DNA of 64,000 nucleotides from Bacteroidaceae bacterium (lineage in GTDB: Bacteria; Bacteroidota; Bacteroidia; Bacteroidales; Bacteroidaceae): positions 57,391-121,390 of the forward strand of contig JAZRCG010000010.1 of assembly GCA_045659645.1 (NCBI GenBank), written 5' to 3'. Below the pieces are notes generated by a model that saw only the letters and a list, made by a program, of their open reading frames with translations, did not search any database and was not told where the DNA came from. The position numbers were made by a program, and so were the translations under genes. Below, one piece after another: positions 1-9,497 of the stretch. Each line of letters opens with the position of its first letter. Position 1 is the stretch's first letter.

Positions 1-1089
1 GGCGAAACCACCGGCAACCATCCAGAGCACGCTCCAGTTGATCTGCTCCAGGTCGCGACGGTCAATGATACCAGTAGCGCAGAATACAGCTACGGGGAAC
101 ATGGCCACAGCATTGGTCTTCACACCCAGGTACTTGTCAAACATCCACATGAGTATGGTGGCAAAGAAGGTGATGTACACCAATGTAGTGCGCCAGCTCT
201 TCTGTGAATTGTCGGGAATCTCCAGGTTGATGGTCTTCTGCTTGAAGGGGAACATCTTCAGCAGGATAATCCATGAGAGGAACAGAAGCAGTACGGTGAG
301 GGGGAACATGAAGGCTGTCCAGTCGCCGAAACCGATGTTCAGATTCATGCCGGCAGGATCGTTCAGATACTTCAGCACGATACCGTTGGGAGGTGTGCCG
401 ATAGGAGTGGCCATACCGCCGATGTTGGCAGCTACGGGAATGGACAGAGCCAAACCAATCTTACCCTTGCCGTCGGCAGGCAGAGCCTTCAGTACGGGAG
501 CAAGGAAAGCCAGCATCATGGCTGCGGTGGCGGTGTTGCTGACGAACATGGAGAACAGACCTGTTACCATGATGAAGCCCAGCATAACGAAACGTGACTG
601 AGTACCGAAGGGCTTGAGCAGTACACGTGCGATGGTAGCGTCCAGACCATACTTTGTAGCAGCAATGGCCAGGATGAAGCCACCGATGAAGAGCATGATG
701 ATGGGGTCGGCAAAGCAGTGCAGAATGTCCTCGTACTTGAGGATTACGCCCAGCTGCTCGGCATCATAGCCATCAACAAAGGGCTTCAGCGCGCTGGTGG
801 AAACCATGAACAGAAGCATAACCACGGCAATAAGCGAGGTGGTCCATGCAGGGATGGCCTCCATAATCCACATCAAGGTGGCAAACACGAATACACCGAT
901 GATACGCTGCTCTACAACGGTGAGATTGGCAATGCCGAAGGAATCGGCAGGCAGCAGCCAGATGGTGAGAGTGGCGGCAATGGCCAGCAGGAGCTTGAAG
1001 AACTTGCTGTTCAGTCGCTTGGCAGCTCTCTCCAGATTGCTTTTGTGGAGTTCCTCAACGAGATGGAATCCATGGAAATTGTTAAACAT
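1..1089 (-). CDS. DASS (SLC13/CitT-like) sodium-coupled anion symporter; C-terminal part lies outside the window
   Basis: Not in the ORF track because it runs off the left edge. Manual minus-strand translation from the ATG at 1089-1087 gives MFNNFHGFHLVEELHK.... It is polytopic and carries the hairpin-tip motifs FVSNTATAAMM and PIGTPPN typical of DASS carriers. Plus-strand ORFs 38-601 and 718-1305 are antisense shadows. Confidence 0.75.
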   Translation of the reverse strand, partial: MFNNFHGFHLVEELHKSNLERAAKRLNSKFFKLLLAIAATLTIWLLPADSFGIANLTVVEQRIIGVFVFATLMWIMEAIPAWTTSLIAVVMLLFMVSTSALKPFVDGYDAEQLGVILKYEDILHCFADPIIMLFIGGFILAIAATKYGLDATIARVLLKPFGTQSRFVMLGFIMVTGLFSMFVSNTATAAMMLAFLAPVLKALPADGKGKIGLALSIPVAANIGGMATPIGTPPNGIVLKYLNDPAGMNLNIGFGDWTAFMFPLTVLLLFLSWIILLKMFPFKQKTINLEIPDNSQKSWRTTLVYITFFATILMWMFDKYLGVKTNAVAMFPVAVFCATGIIDRRDLEQINWSVLWMVAGGFA

Positions 1090-1175
1090 ACGTTATTATA
1101 TTATTTAGGGTTTATGTATATCCCAAAAGGAAGGCGAGTGCTCCGTCTGTCGGGCACTCGCCTGATAGTCTTCTT

Positions 1176-2453
1176 TTACATCTTGTCCATTGCCTGCTGG
1201 AGGTCGGCGATGATATCGTCCACGTTCTCAATGCCAACGGAGAGACGGACGAGGTCGGGAGAGATTCCTGCCTCGCGCAGTTGTTCTTCTGTAAGCTGGC
1301 GATGAGTGTGGCTGGCGGGATGGAGCACGCAGGTGCGGGCATCAGCCACGTGGGTAACGATGGAAATGAAGTCCAGATTGTCCATGAAGCGGATGGCCTC
1401 TTCCCGACTGCCCTTCAGACCGAAGGCAATGACGCCACAGGTGCCAGTGGGCAGATACTTCTGTGCCAGGGCATAGTCCTGGTTGCTGGGCAGGCTGGCA
1501 TAGCTTACCCAACCCACCTTCTCGTTCTTCTCCAACCACTCTGCCACCTTCAGTGCATTGGCACAGTGCTGGCGCATGCGCAGTGCCAGAGTCTCCAGAC
1601 CGATGTTCAGCAGGAAGGAGTTCTGGGGAGCAGGGATGCTGCCCAGGTCGCGCATGAGCTGTACCACCATCTTTGTGATGTATGCCATGTTGCCGAAGGA
1701 GGTGGTGTAGGTAAGTCCGTGATAACTCTCGTCGGGTTCGGTCAGGCATGTAAACTTGTCGTGCTGGGCCTCCCAGTCGAAGTTGCCGCTATCCACAACG
1801 CAACCGCCCACCTGGCTGGCATGTCCGTCCATATACTTTGTAGTAGAGTGTGTAACGATGTCGGCACCCCACTCGAAGGGACGGCAGTTGATGGGAGTGG
1901 CAAAGGTGTTGTCCACGATGAGGGGCACACCATGCTTGTGTGCTATGCGTGCAAAGCGCTCTATGTCAAAGATGCGGCAACCGGGGTTGCTGATGGTCTC
2001 GCCGAAGAAACACTTTGTGTTGGGACGGAACTCGGCCTCGATGCGCTCGTCGTCCCAGTCCTGGTCGACGAATGTGCATTCAATGCCCAGTTTCTTCAGC
2101 GTTACGCCGAAGAGGTTGAACGTGCCTCCATAGATGTTGTTGGAGGTGATGAAGTGGTCGCCAGCCTGGCAGATATTGAAGATGGCGTAGAAGTTGGCAG
2201 CCTGACCGGATGAGGTGAGCACTGCGCCCACACCGCCTTCCAGAGCGGCAATCTTCTTTGCCACGGCATCGTTGGTGGGGTTTGCCAGTCGTGTATAGAA
2301 ATAGCCAGTGTCCTCCAGGTCGAAGAGCTTGGCCATCTGGTCGCTGGTCTCATAACGGAAGGTTGTGCTCTGGTATATGGGCAACTGCTGAGGTTCGCCC
2401 TTGCTGGCTTTCCAACCGCCATGGATGCAGATAGTTTCGAGGTTCTTTTTCAT
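1176..2453 (-). CDS. metY: O-acetylhomoserine aminocarboxypropyltransferase / sulfhydrylase (PLP-dependent, Cys/Met metabolism family)
   Basis: 425 aa. Motifs seen: N-terminal IHGG...QSTTF, SSGQAA, and the PLP-lysine context HSTTKYMDGH. Length and overall pattern match MetY/OAH sulfhydrylase. Confidence 0.85.
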   Translation of the reverse strand: MKKNLETICIHGGWKASKGEPQQLPIYQSTTFRYETSDQMAKLFDLEDTGYFYTRLANPTNDAVAKKIAALEGGVGAVLTSSGQAANFYAIFNICQAGDHFITSNNIYGGTFNLFGVTLKKLGIECTFVDQDWDDERIEAEFRPNTKCFFGETISNPGCRIFDIERFARIAHKHGVPLIVDNTFATPINCRPFEWGADIVTHSTTKYMDGHASQVGGCVVDSGNFDWEAQHDKFTCLTEPDESYHGLTYTTSFGNMAYITKMVVQLMRDLGSIPAPQNSFLLNIGLETLALRMRQHCANALKVAEWLEKNEKVGWVSYASLPSNQDYALAQKYLPTGTCGVIAFGLKGSREEAIRFMDNLDFISIVTHVADARTCVLHPASHTHRQLTEEQLREAGISPDLVRLSVGIENVDDIIADLQQAMDKM

Positions 2454-2520
2454 TGCTTTGCTTGATGTTTTAGGTTTTATGTTTTCCTATGATAGCCTAA
2501 GGGGGCCTGAGGCTTCATGG

Positions 2521-3099
2521 TTATTTTTCTCTTCCAAAGAGTTTAGAGAACTCCATTTCGAAGTTGGGGGTCAGTATGCCCTGGCCAATGGCGTCTTGAA
2601 TCTCCTGCAACGACCAGAAGCGCCCGCCGTCGGTCTCCTCGCTGGGAGTTATGTCCTTGTCGTAGACAATCTTGTAGGCATAGATGAGTTCGTGCTCGCG
2701 GTCGGAGTGGAACTCATACATCTGCATCAGTTCGCAACCCTCGGCATTGATGCCCAGTTCTTCGCGAGTCTCGCGCAGAAGGGCGGTGGGGATTTCCTCG
2801 CCGAAGTCCACATGGCCGCCCACGGCTGTGTCCCACTTGCCGGGTTGTATGTCCTTCCACATGGGGCGCTTCTGCAGGTAGAGTTCGCCCTTGCTGTTGA
2901 ACACATGCAGGTGCACTACGGGATGCAGGAGCATGGAACCATTGTGGCACTCGGTGCGTGTGGCCTTGCCGATGACATTGCCGGCAGGGTCAACGAGGGG
3001 GAGGATAGTTTCACCTTCAGCGGACCCACCCCCAACCCCTCCACAAGGGAGGGGAGTGGAATGTTCTGTATGGTGTGTATTATTTTGTTCGTTTGCCAT
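2521..3099 (-). CDS. NUDIX hydrolase
   Basis: 192 aa with the Nudix box GGHVDFGEEIPTALLRETREELGI. Roughly the first 27 codons are encoded by a repeat unit plus spacer (see repeat 3022-3157). Confidence 0.85.
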   Translation of the reverse strand: MANEQNNTHHTEHSTPLPCGGVGGGSAEGETILPLVDPAGNVIGKATRTECHNGSMLLHPVVHLHVFNSKGELYLQKRPMWKDIQPGKWDTAVGGHVDFGEEIPTALLRETREELGINAEGCELMQMYEFHSDREHELIYAYKIVYDKDITPSEETDGGRFWSLQEIQDAIGQGILTPNFEMEFSKLFGREK

Positions 3100-3157
3100 T
3101 TATTTTAGTCTTTAGTAACTACTCCCCTCCATTCAGGGAGGGGATGGGGGTGGGTCC
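3022..3157. repeat. Inverted pair of GC-rich hairpin modules (GGACCCACCCCC-AACCCCTCC-loop-GGAGGGGAGT)
   Basis: Unit at 3022-3059 and its reverse complement at 3121-3157. Each contains an internal CCCCTCC/GGAGGGG stem-loop. The pair brackets the queA stop and the NUDIX start. Confidence 0.85.
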
Positions 3158-4456
3158 AGTCAACAAACTGCTATCTCCATAGGAGAGGAAACGGAAGTCG
3201 TTCTCCAGGGCGTAGTCGTAGATGCTTCGCCAGTTGCCGTTTACGAAGGCGCTGACGAGGAGCAGGAGCGTGCTTTGGGGCTGGTGGAAGTTGGTTACCA
3301 TCATCTTGACGATGTGGAACTTGTAACCCGGCGCTATGATTATCTGTGTGGAGGAGTGCAGGATATCCAGCGCTCTCTCGTCCATGTATTTCAGCAGGGC
3401 TTGCAGAGCCTGGCTGGTGTCGGGCAGAGTCTCGGTGTGCTCGGCGTATGGCATCCATTGCTCCACATGGAGGTCTTCCTTGCCCTGCATGGCCAAAAGT
3501 CCCATGTAGTAGAGGCTCTCCAGGGTGCGCACGCTGGTGGTGCCAACGGCAATGGCAGAGCCTTCGTGTGCTATGAGCCTTTCTATGGTTGTGCGGTTCA
3601 CGGCAATGTGCTCGGTGTGCATGTCGTGGTCGCCGATCTCTTCGCTCTTCACAGGTTTGAAGGTGCCGGCACCAACATGCAGGGTAACCTCCTCGCGCTC
3701 AATTCCATGGCTGTCCAGTTCTGCCAGCACCTCGGGGGTGAAGTGCAGACCTGCCGTGGGGGCAGCCACACTGCCCTTTACCTTGGAGTAGACGGTCTGG
3801 TAGGTGGTGAGGTCGCTCTGCTCCGTCTTTCTGTTCAGGTAGGGAGGAATGGGCAGTTCGCCTGTTGCCTCGAGGATTTCTGCCCAAGTATGGTCAGTGT
3901 CCCAGGTGAAGTCTATCTGATGACTGGTGCCGTGTGTCTCGCCACGTGTGGCAGAGAGGGTAACGGTTTCCTCGCCAATCTGTATCTGCTGGTGCAGGGA
4001 ACCGGTCTTCCACTTCTTCAGGTTGCCCACCAGACAGTACCATGAGCATCTGCCTCTGCTGAGGAAGTTTTCCTGATACTCGGCAGGCAGGGCAGGCTCC
4101 AGAATGAATATCTCTATGAGTGCACCCAAGGACTTGCCGGAAGTGTCTCCCGAGGCGATGGCCATCGCATCGTGTTGCGATGGCTCTCGCGTCCCGATGC
4201 GTTGCCCCTCGGAACACGGAGCGGTGGACTTCCTGAAATGAAGCCTTGCCCTCACCACACGGGTGTTGTTGAAAATCATCAGCGCCCCCTTGGGCAGATA
4301 CTCGGGCAGATGGCAGAAAGTATCCTGGCTGATGTCTCCGTGACGGTACACAAGCAACTTGCTCTTGTCGCGCTGGGCAAGGGGGAATTTCGCTATACGC
4401 TCCTCCGGCAGAGGGTAATTATAGTCCTTGATTTGTATGTGCTTAGGCTCCATCAT
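3119..4456 (-). CDS. queA: S-adenosylmethionine:tRNA ribosyltransferase-isomerase
   Basis: 445 aa. Motifs FNNTRV, PPYL, YQTVY, AAPTAGLHFT, VGTTSVR(T)LES and VTNFHQPQSTLLLLVSAF match QueA. The protein is longer than canonical because of an internal insertion and a repeat-encoded C-terminus. Confidence 0.9.
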   Translation of the reverse strand: MMEPKHIQIKDYNYPLPEERIAKFPLAQRDKSKLLVYRHGDISQDTFCHLPEYLPKGALMIFNNTRVVRARLHFRKSTAPCSEGQRIGTREPSQHDAMAIASGDTSGKSLGALIEIFILEPALPAEYQENFLSRGRCSWYCLVGNLKKWKTGSLHQQIQIGEETVTLSATRGETHGTSHQIDFTWDTDHTWAEILEATGELPIPPYLNRKTEQSDLTTYQTVYSKVKGSVAAPTAGLHFTPEVLAELDSHGIEREEVTLHVGAGTFKPVKSEEIGDHDMHTEHIAVNRTTIERLIAHEGSAIAVGTTSVRTLESLYYMGLLAMQGKEDLHVEQWMPYAEHTETLPDTSQALQALLKYMDERALDILHSSTQIIIAPGYKFHIVKMMVTNFHQPQSTLLLLVSAFVNGNWRSIYDYALENDFRFLSYGDSSLLTGPTPIPSLNGGE

Positions 4457-4470
4457 ACTGAATTTGCGTG

Positions 4471-4478
4471 CAAAGGTA
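4471..4478 (-). promoter_or_regulatory. Bacteroidota -7 box (TACCTTTG) upstream of queA
   Basis: Minus strand reads GCGTACCTTTGCACG about 15 nt upstream of the queA ATG. It matches the TAnnTTTG consensus of Bacteroidetes sigma-A promoters. Confidence 0.55.
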
Positions 4479-4593
4479 CGCTTTTTTGACGACTAATCTG
4501 CCTAAGGCAAGGAAAAATACAACAATTTATACATATTGTATATATAAGGAAGTTAAAGTTTGTTTTTTGCTTTTGTAGTTACTATAAAATACA

Positions 4594-4601
4594 TACATTT
4601 G
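4594..4601 (+). promoter_or_regulatory. Bacteroidota -7 box (TACATTTG)
   Basis: TACATTTGCA lies 64 nt upstream of the 4665 ATG in an AT-rich leader. Confidence 0.5.
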
Positions 4602-4664
4602 CATAGCGTAACTGCGTATATCAAGTAAGAAACACTAATCAAATCTAATCTAAAAACCTAAATT

Positions 4665-7600
4665 ATGAGGAAATTTACACTATGTATGTTGGCCTGCTGC
4701 TCGGTGGCGGCAAGCCTGTATGCACAGGACGTTCCTGTTAATCGCGAGAAGTATCCCGATTACGTCGATCCACAGAAGGCATATCCTGCCGAACCTCGCC
4801 TGATGAAATTCGTTCCAGTAGAGGGCGAATCGCAGAGCAGAAAGGCAGCACTGGCAAAGGCTGCCAGCGAGTTGCCCGAGTATTGGAACAATGCCGACAC
4901 CAAGTACTTCCCCCCTGTGTTCAACCAGGATGGCGGTTCCTGTGGTAGTGCAAGCCGTATCGGTTACATGTTTACCCACGAGATCAATGCCTTGCGCGAC
5001 CGCGATGCCAGTTTGCCCGAGAACCAGTATCCCTCGCACTTCGTATGGCTGCTTACCAACGGTAACTCTGGCAAGGATGCTTTCGTGGAATACGTAGGTG
5101 TGCCTAATGTTGCAGTATATGGCGGCCGCACATACAGTTCTCTCTTTGGTTATCAGGAGGAGACATATAACAACTTCGGTTGGATGACCGGTTACGACAA
5201 GTGGATGAATGCCATAGGCAACCGTATGCTTCGCCCCACATCCAACCCATTGACTGTAGACACCGAGGAAGGTCGTCTGGCAGCCAAGGCATGGCTCTAC
5301 AACCATGCCGGCGACACCGACTTCAAGGCCGGTGGCCTTATCGGTCTTGGTGTGGCTTCTGGTGGTCAGTGGCACAACATACCTTCAACCCCTGCCAACG
5401 ATGCAGCTGGTGTTACCGGCAAGTATTTCGTCCATCGTTGGGGTACTCAGGTGGACCATGCCGTAACTATGGTTGGTTGGGACGACCGTATCGAGTTCGA
5501 CCTGGACGGCAATGGCATTGCCGGTGAGGTGGACAAGGATGAGAAGGGCGCCTGGATTATAGTAAACAGTTGGGGATATTGGTGCAACCAAGGTTTCATC
5601 TACTGCCCCTACAAGTATGCTGGTCCTGTGAGCGACCCTGAAACCGGTGCAATGAGGAGTGGCTATTGGAGCGGTGAGCTCTATCATGCCCGCAAGAACT
5701 TCCGTCCCACTCGCGTTATAAAGTTGAAGATGGATTATACCCATCGTAGCGAACTTCTCCTGCAGGTGGGCATCAGTTCTGATGTCAATGCTACAGAACC
5801 CGAGGCTGTAATGGACATGCACCACTTCCGCTACGCCGGTGATGGTGCCAATGGTGATGCCAACCCTGTACCTGCAACTCCCATGCTTGGTAACTGGAAT
5901 GGCAAGATGAACCATGCTCCCATGGAGTTCTGTTACGACCTGACTGATTTAAGCGCAAACTTTGATACCAATAAGCCCTTGAAGTACTTCTTCATCATCA
6001 ACAGAAAGAAGGACACCAGCAATGGTAGCGGTAACATCTACGAGGCAAGCATCATGGACATGGAGTATGACCAGGAAGGTATTGAGTCTCCATTCGATCT
6101 GGGTGGCGAGAAGTTCCAGATTACCACCAAGGGTAAGAAGACCATGATAACCTCCGTTGTATATGGCATGGGTTACCAGCCCGTCACCAACCTTGTCCTC
6201 AGCGATGGCACCCTTTCATGGAATGCTCCTGTAGCAAGCAGCTTCAAGGTGAATTCATATAATGTATATAAAGATGGTGTACTGTTGGGCAAAACCACCG
6301 ACAGAAGCATGACCGTGACCGAAGGCAAGGAGTATTCTGTTAGCGTTGTTTACGAGGGTGGTATAGAAAGTGCCAAGGTAACATGCAAGACAGCTATAGA
6401 ACAGAACGGCAAGGTGCTCAACTTTGACCGTGCTGGCTTTACCATCCCCAATGTCTTCGCCAATCATTACAACGAGTGCACAATCGAGTTCTTTATCAAA
6501 CCCACTGTTTTCCAGAATTGGAACTGTGCAGCAGGTCCTGGTTGGGGCACATACATGCACCACTTGGATGCAAGTGGCTATTTTACATGCGGTTGGAATA
6601 CCAATGCCCGTATGACCACAAATGCAACCCTTTCAAAGTCGGTAAGAAATCACATTGCCATCGTGGTTAAGGGCAACAGGATGTCTGTCTACAAGGATGG
6701 TACTGCCGTAGGTTCCTTCACAAGCACCTCGTACAGTGGTCTTGGTGGTTTCGGTGATCTGGTATTCCGTTCCGATAATGGCAACAATTCATGGCAGCAG
6801 GCCCAGTACGATGAGATTCGTATATGGAACTATGCACGTTCTGCCGAAGAGATAAAGGGTGGCTCATCGGCCAAGAAGGTAGAGTTCTTTGGTGAAGTTA
6901 TGCCCAAGGGCCTGCTCGTCTACTACAAGGGTGATACCTTTATGGGTGCAGATGGCAAGTACTACATGCGTGATTGCGTAGGCAACAACCATGCCACCGT
7001 ACAGGCTTCTGGCGACCCCAGCCAGGAGACAGGTCAGAAATCAAGCACTACTGGTTTGACTCCCACCTTGACACTTGACACTCCTCAGAACGTGTACGTT
7101 GGTGTGCCTGTTTCTCTTGAAGCAAATTACAACGACGCTATCAACAAGCTCACCTGGTCAGTGCCCTCTTGCAATATATCAGAGATGAACATCAAGTCTC
7201 CCACCGTTGTCTTCAGTCAGGCTGGCGAGCACAAGGTAACTGTAAAGGGTACTGCTTATGACGGCACCGAGCTTTTGGCAGAAATTACCATAGACGTGAA
7301 GGCTGCTCCCGAGTTGGATGCCTCATTCTCTATGAATACCGAGAGATTACCCATGGGCGAGCACTTGAGCGTATGGGCAAACACATATGTGGACGGATGC
7401 AGCTATGAGTGGCTTATGCCAGGAGCCGAAACAGAGAAGGCATACGGCGTCAAGGCCGGAGCTACCTATCAGGAAGGCGGCAAACACTATATTACGCTGA
7501 AGGTTACATCGGCAGACGGACGTAGCGTAGAGACAACTCAGGAGATAATTGTTACATCAATACCTCCTGTAGCCGACTTCCGCGTTTCCAACGCATTTGT

Positions 7601-8645
7601 ACTTAAGGAGACTCCCATCACCCTGGAAAGCACCTCCAAGTATTCTCCCACTTCCTATGAATGGACAATTGCAGGTCAGGCTCGTAAGACAACCATCACC
7701 AATGCAGCTCCTCAGCAGACCTGGACACCAATGTATCCAGGCAAGTACAACATCACATTGAAGGCAGCCAACCATATGGGTTCTCACTCTGTTACCAAGG
7801 AGAAGGCTCTGGTTGTACTGAACGATGATTCCAAGAATGGATTGTCTTTCTCACAGAGTTCTGCCAAGGTGTCTGTGCCCAATTCTTCTACCTTGCTTGC
7901 CTTCACTATAGAGTTCTGGGCAAATCCCTCAAGCCTGTCAGACTTCTGCTGGGGTATGGGAGACAAGGCAGAGAATCTGTTGCTGAAGGTAAATGCATCC
8001 GGCGCTTTAGTTACTACTATCAAGGGTAAGGTCTTTACCTCCAACGATGGTTTCTTCAAGGCTGGCGAATGGAATCACTATGCTATACGCAGAACCCTGA
8101 CAGGTCAGATATTCCTGTACAGGAACGGTGTGGAATTCCAGAACAGAAAGGCTAACGTAGATAAGACAGCCATAACAGATTTGACAACATTCACTTTGGG
8201 TGTAGATGGCATGCCCATGAATGGTTCTATAGACGAATTCCGTATCTGGGGTTCCAATTATACAGGCATAGCCAAGACCTGTAACCAGCATCTGGAGAAT
8301 CCCGAGTCATATGTTGGAACTAACAATTTGCTTGTCTACTACGATTTCAACCAGAGTGGTGGTGATGTCATTGACCGTTCTGGAAATGGCAAGGATGGTG
8401 TCCGCTCGGGCTTTGGTCCTGATGGCGACGCATGGGGCTTGTCAACAGGTGTCTTCTCGCTATATTTAGGCGATGTGCTTCCCGATGAAACCATTACTGC
8501 AATAGACGAGGTATGGCAGGACGAAAGTGTTACAGCCGGCAGAGCAGGCGTCTACACTCTGTCAGGTCAGTACGTAGGAAAGACTATTGAAGGTCTGCCC
8601 GCAGGTATATACATTGTAGATGGCAAGAAAGTGGTTGTGAAGTAA
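4665..8645 (+). CDS. Secreted multidomain C1 (papain-like) cysteine peptidase with LamG/ConA-like and PKD-like domains and a T9SS C-terminal sorting domain
   Basis: 1326 aa with a signal peptide. C1 triad contexts: NQDGGSCGSAS (Cys), HAVTMVGWDD (His), NSWGYWCNQGFIY (Asn). Two LamG-like signatures (DEIRIWNYARSAEEI, IDEFRIWGS) and repeated Ig/PKD-like segments are present. The C-terminus GVYTLSGQYV...GIYIVDGKKVVVK is typical of a Por/T9SS CTD. Confidence 0.8.
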   Translation: MRKFTLCMLACCSVAASLYAQDVPVNREKYPDYVDPQKAYPAEPRLMKFVPVEGESQSRKAALAKAASELPEYWNNADTKYFPPVFNQDGGSCGSASRIGYMFTHEINALRDRDASLPENQYPSHFVWLLTNGNSGKDAFVEYVGVPNVAVYGGRTYSSLFGYQEETYNNFGWMTGYDKWMNAIGNRMLRPTSNPLTVDTEEGRLAAKAWLYNHAGDTDFKAGGLIGLGVASGGQWHNIPSTPANDAAGVTGKYFVHRWGTQVDHAVTMVGWDDRIEFDLDGNGIAGEVDKDEKGAWIIVNSWGYWCNQGFIYCPYKYAGPVSDPETGAMRSGYWSGELYHARKNFRPTRVIKLKMDYTHRSELLLQVGISSDVNATEPEAVMDMHHFRYAGDGANGDANPVPATPMLGNWNGKMNHAPMEFCYDLTDLSANFDTNKPLKYFFIINRKKDTSNGSGNIYEASIMDMEYDQEGIESPFDLGGEKFQITTKGKKTMITSVVYGMGYQPVTNLVLSDGTLSWNAPVASSFKVNSYNVYKDGVLLGKTTDRSMTVTEGKEYSVSVVYEGGIESAKVTCKTAIEQNGKVLNFDRAGFTIPNVFANHYNECTIEFFIKPTVFQNWNCAAGPGWGTYMHHLDASGYFTCGWNTNARMTTNATLSKSVRNHIAIVVKGNRMSVYKDGTAVGSFTSTSYSGLGGFGDLVFRSDNGNNSWQQAQYDEIRIWNYARSAEEIKGGSSAKKVEFFGEVMPKGLLVYYKGDTFMGADGKYYMRDCVGNNHATVQASGDPSQETGQKSSTTGLTPTLTLDTPQNVYVGVPVSLEANYNDAINKLTWSVPSCNISEMNIKSPTVVFSQAGEHKVTVKGTAYDGTELLAEITIDVKAAPELDASFSMNTERLPMGEHLSVWANTYVDGCSYEWLMPGAETEKAYGVKAGATYQEGGKHYITLKVTSADGRSVETTQEIIVTSIPPVADFRVSNAFVLKETPITLESTSKYSPTSYEWTIAGQARKTTITNAAPQQTWTPMYPGKYNITLKAANHMGSHSVTKEKALVVLNDDSKNGLSFSQSSAKVSVPNSSTLLAFTIEFWANPSSLSDFCWGMGDKAENLLLKVNASGALVTTIKGKVFTSNDGFFKAGEWNHYAIRRTLTGQIFLYRNGVEFQNRKANVDKTAITDLTTFTLGVDGMPMNGSIDEFRIWGSNYTGIAKTCNQHLENPESYVGTNNLLVYYDFNQSGGDVIDRSGNGKDGVRSGFGPDGDAWGLSTGVFSLYLGDVLPDETITAIDEVWQDESVTAGRAGVYTLSGQYVGKTIEGLPAGIYIVDGKKVVVK

Positions 8646-8665
8646 TCATAGTTCATTAGACATAA

Positions 8666-8710
8666 GAAAAACAGCCTCTGTCCCCAACCGCCGGACAGAG
8701 GCTGTTTTTT
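8666..8710. terminator. Bidirectional rho-independent terminator between convergent genes
   Basis: AAAAACAGCCTCTGTCC-loop-GGACAGAGGCTGTTTTTT: a perfect 13-bp stem flanked by an A-run and a T-run. Confidence 0.8.
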
Positions 8711-8733
8711 GTATTGTTTTGTGTCTTCTTTGA

Positions 8734-9486
8734 TTACTTCAGCACCAGTCCCACGGGGCAATGGTCGCTGCCGAAGATGTCGGTGTGTATGCTTGCCTCT
8801 TCTATTCTTTCTTGCAGGCGGTTGGACGTGATGAAGTAGTCGATACGCCAGCCCGTGTTCTTTTCCCTTGCCTTGAAGCGGTAACTCCACCATGAGTAGA
8901 TATCCTTTTCGTCGGGATGCAGGAAACGGAAGGTGTCGGTAAAGCCAGTGTCAAGCAGTGTGGTCATCTTCTCGCGCTCCTCGTCGGTAAAGCCCGGGTT
9001 CATGCGGTTCGTCTTCGGGTTCTTCAGGTCTATCTCCTGGTGTGCCACGTTCAGGTCACCACAATATACGACGGGTTTCTTGGCGTCCAGCTGCATGAGG
9101 TAGGCACGAAGGTCCACTTCCCACTGCATACGGTAGTCCAGGCGCTTCAGTCCGTCCTGGGAGTTTGGCGTATAGCAGCATACAAGGTAGAAATCCTCCA
9201 TCTCCAAGGTGATAAGCCTGCCCTCGTGGTCGTGCTCCTCTATGCCCATGCCATATGATACGGACAGGGGGGTATGCCGTGTGAAGATAGCAGTTCCGCT
9301 GTACCCTTTCTTTTCGGCATAGTTCCAATAGGATTGATAACCGGGTATATCCAAGTCTATCTGCCCCTCCTGAAGTTTTGTTTCCTGAAGGCAGAAGAAG
9401 TCGGCATTCAGGGCATTGAAAGCCTCCAGGAAGTTCTTGCCGACAACGGCGCGCAGGCCGTTAACGTTCCAACTTATGAATTTCAT
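8734..9486 (-). CDS. xth: Exodeoxyribonuclease III (AP endonuclease)
   Basis: 250 aa. MKFISWNVNGLRA...FCLQETK...SDHCPV is the EEP-fold Xth signature. Confidence 0.9.
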   Translation of the reverse strand: MKFISWNVNGLRAVVGKNFLEAFNALNADFFCLQETKLQEGQIDLDIPGYQSYWNYAEKKGYSGTAIFTRHTPLSVSYGMGIEEHDHEGRLITLEMEDFYLVCCYTPNSQDGLKRLDYRMQWEVDLRAYLMQLDAKKPVVYCGDLNVAHQEIDLKNPKTNRMNPGFTDEEREKMTTLLDTGFTDTFRFLHPDEKDIYSWWSYRFKAREKNTGWRIDYFITSNRLQERIEEASIHTDIFGSDHCPVGLVLK

Positions 9487-9497
9487 GTCTTTTATAT

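Noticed and set aside
38-1305. Plus-strand ORFs 38-601, 718-1305 and 797-1108 at the left edge.
   Set aside because: They are antisense shadows of the DASS transporter gene, which the ORF track misses because it is truncated by the window edge.
2454-2520. Possible SAM or other riboswitch, or a terminator, between the NUDIX gene and metY.
   Set aside because: Only 67 nt are available. There is a weak imperfect stem (AGCCTCAGG/CTTAGGCT) without a T-run and no conserved riboswitch core motifs that I can recognise.
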